Assembly (NCBI RefSeq): GCF_004010195.1
Contig: NC_057751.1
Location: 9,807,457 to 9,871,456 of the forward strand
Length of the DNA: 64,000 nt
DNA from: Chiloscyllium plagiosum
Taxonomy: Eukaryota
Direction of reading: 5' to 3'
The number at the start of each line of letters is the position of its first letter. Within the stretch, counting starts at the first letter, position 1. The position numbers were made by a program, and so were the translations under genes. A model generated the notes under the pieces. It had not been told where the DNA came from. It saw only the letters and a list, made by a program, of their open reading frames with translations, and did no database searches. This document shows positions 61,151 to 64,000 of this stretch, piece after piece.

Positions 61151-63104
61151 CCAACTTTATTTTTAGTTAACAAATTGCAGCAGCCGCCACTGGAACATCA
61201 CAACTGAATCTTGTGATGAATTGACTTTGAAGCCAATCCCACCATTTAATAGTTTCAGCAATAGATGACGTATTTTCAGCAGAAATGAAATGGATGTAGT
61301 AAAGCATAGTCAAATATTTGCTTTGTACTGAACATGACAATTTCTGGGAAAAGAGACATGCTGTCAAAACTTTTCGCTTTGTACGTACCAGGATAGAACA
61401 GCAAAGAGGACCAAATTGCAACAAAGGAGCAAGAATTTAAATTGCTTGAGAAGAGTGGTGATTGATTAGAAAGTGGACTCGGTGAGAGACAGTCACGGAG
61501 AAGGCAATAATGTCCTGAGTTTTTGTTTAAGTTGAAACTGTGCAATCCCGGTCAACGTATTCGCATGGGGATCATTATTTGTGTTTATTTATTTGAAATT
61601 TGGTACTGCAATTCCATCCTGATGAGTCAAGAGTAAAGGCATCAAAGTGTCGCTTTTTATAGCAATTGACCATAATTTTACCTGTTACATTTAATGCAGA
61701 TTACAGGTCGGTCATGTGCTTGCCGGACTATGCTTGAATACGAAAGAAAAAAACTGAAGAATTCTAAACTCATGAAGCCGAATAATGTCAGTGATACTGA
61801 AAAATGTCACCCAGCACATTCAGGAGATGATAATCATCAACAACATTTATTTTGTGCTAATTGAGCATGTTGGAATTCTGCAGGAAAGTAATTCCAGTAC
61901 TCAATGATTTTCATACACCAAAGTAATACCAATGATACAAATATCACATGATTACAACTTGAAACAAATCATGAAAAAGGTCACTTGTCGGGGAGGAAGT
62001 TGTAATTTCTAACTAGAGATTTTTCACATCTGTGTTTGTGACCCTTTCAACATAAGCAAATTGATTATTAGTTACATTCATGTGCATCAAGACCATTTTT
62101 AGGAACATGTTCAACTTTGACAGAAGCACAACGGCACCAAACATTCACATGAAGGCCACATAGTACAAGAATCAATTTGTTGAAAGGAGACAAATTAATC
62201 TTTCCATGATAATCCATAAAATTCTCATGTAAGGCACTAGTATCTCAAGCATCTTTTACCTGCAGAAAAGCTTAATGAAGCTTCTGACTCATGCATAATT
62301 GCCCCTTGGAAAAGAAGTTATGTCAGGAGGTCAAGTTTTAAGTGCTTACAGATGATGAACAGTATAGAAACAAGTTATACAGCCTTCGTTAAATCTTGTC
62401 ATCTGGACGGTGCACTCTAGCCCTCCTTGACATTTTATTTAATCCTTCAGGACTGAAAGTAGCTTGAAAGAAATGTGATTTTATATTTTATGTAATTAAA
62501 CAATGACACAACCAAACTTTTTCAAATACAACAAAATGTTTGATAATCCACTCTTTATCAACAGTCATTTTAATTTAGACAATTGTTTTGGATACTCACT
62601 GTGCTGAAAACTGCCAACATGAATTTCACTTTGGAAACTAAAGAATTAGTGTTGAAATGAGACACAGGTCACAAGCCATTGTTCCCACTGAAGATTGTTT
62701 TGCTTTTGTAACTGTATGAGAATGTGAGCTGTGCTTCAGAGTTCTACCATAAGGATTTGGAAGAAATTTTATGACGTATATGGCACAGTTCCAAGTCTCA
62801 AATATGATTCTAACTTTGTATTGTTCTGCAAGACTGAAAATAATCATAATTTTGGCACCTGATTTGTAAGAATGACATCATACTTCAAATGGAACAACGT
62901 GAAGGTTCATTTTGCATAAGGACAACATGATGATGGAAGCTTGAAGTCAGAGTGAGATGAAAACCTGTCATTTCCCCGATATACTATGCAAATTAAAATT
63001 AATTTATTCGGCTTTCGTAAAGATTGTGTTCAAACACAACTTGAAGATGTAGTTGTTAAACTCAAGTCCATTTCATGTTTACTTACCTATCTCACAAAAG
63101 AAGA

Positions 63105-63400
63105 AAAGCTTGCATTTTTTCAGGACTTTTTGTGACCTCAATGTTTTCTGAAGTACTTTGCAGGCAGCTTTCACAAAAAGCAATTGGATCATGATCAGAT
63201 GTCCTGAGCTATTTTGATCACTTCCCCAGACTTCAACCTGGCGACAAAGGAATGTATCAGCTCCTCCGAAGTTTTACATGAAATGGCAATCCCTCAGTGC
63301 AACACCATGGAGTCAGCCTTGAGATTTGTGCTGTCTTTTCTCGAGTGGTGATTGAGCACACAGAATTCAAATTTTGAAGTGAGAGTACCATCAACTGAGG
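63105..63400 (-). mobile_element. Ancient Deu-domain-type SINE remnant (SacSINE/AmnSINE-like)
   Basis: Minus strand reads ctcagttgatggtactctcac..agcacaaatctcaaggctgactcca..gcactgaggga, resembling the recalled SacSINE1 head and Deu domain. Confidence 0.45.
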
Positions 63401-63578
63401 CCTTTTGTGTGTCACCATTTCTTGTTATGCCAACCTCTTACTGTAGTTTTCTAACTGCTTGGGGGACATTTTTCCTGCCTGTTCTTCTCTACTGAATAGT
63501 CGAGACTTTTTTAGAAAAAAGCATGATTTTGGCAGTAGATCAACTTGTGTAAATGCTTGCCAATTTCCTTATGCAGGC

Positions 63579-63998
63579 TCACATGTTAGCTCTTTCTGTT
63601 TGGTCGTTGTTGGGTTTCCTTACAGAGCCAGTTAATGTGTGTATGTGTCTATATGGAGTGGTAGTGACTGGAAGCAGGCAGCAGCAGCACTCCTTGCCAA
63701 AGGAGGCCACCTTCTGCAGTGGACTGTGTGTGTGTTTGGAACTTGGAGTCAGATTCCCCACTTTGGCCACCGGGGCAAGGATGCTGCTCTTGCCAGGGAC
63801 CTGTCCCTGTCCCTCTCCCTGGTTCGTGGGTGTAGGCTCCGTTTCTAGGGAGCAGGCCGCGTCTCCATGGTGACAGGCGGCTCGCAGAGGCTCCGAAGAA
63901 CCAAAAGGAGCAAGAAATGCATCCGTGAGATGGCGAGGGCAAGACGGGGGACCCACCGAGCCAGGTCCACTGCAGACTTTACCGAGGAGACAGTTTGG
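63579..63998 (-). CDS. Probable terminal coding exon (partial) of an unidentified convergent gene
   Basis: Minus frame open from the window edge to the stop at 63579 (about 140 codons); GC-richer than flanks; followed by AT-rich 3'UTR-like sequence with AATAAA on the minus strand near 61584-61593. Confidence 0.4.
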   Translation of the reverse strand, partial: PNCLLGKVCSGPGSVGPPSCPRHLTDAFLAPFGSSEPLRAACHHGDAACSLETEPTPTNQGEGQGQVPGKSSILAPVAKVGNLTPSSKHTHSPLQKVASFGKECCCCLLPVTTTPYRHIHTLTGSVRKPNNDQTERANM

Positions 63999-64000
63999 GA

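Overview
Eukaryotic, cartilaginous-fish (shark-type) genomic DNA, inferred from HE1-like V-SINEs, CR1/HER1-like LINEs and Penelope-like elements (PLEs); there are two assembly gaps. Two spliced genes lie head-to-head. (1) SLC18A1/VMAT1 is on the minus strand: 10 coding exons from the ATG at 25009 down to 6993, through TM8, with the remainder left of the window. (2) ATP6V1B2 is complete on the plus strand: 14 coding exons, 34337-58098, 506 aa. A probable terminal exon plus 3'UTR of a third, convergent gene enters from the right edge. Most other ORFs in the track are transposon fragments or chance ORFs. Main observations: (a) at least four families of PLE termini and PLE-derived palindromes carry minimal type-I hammerhead-ribozyme cores with compensatory stem changes, including a young perfect 81-bp palindrome with a 15-bp TSD; (b) the intact VMAT1 has substitutions at normally conserved transport residues (N34Y, F135L, E312D/P313Q, VMAT2 numbering); (c) a perfect CLEAR palindrome sits just after the ATP6V1B2 stop codon. 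Comparisons with human proteins are from recalled sequences, not computed alignments.
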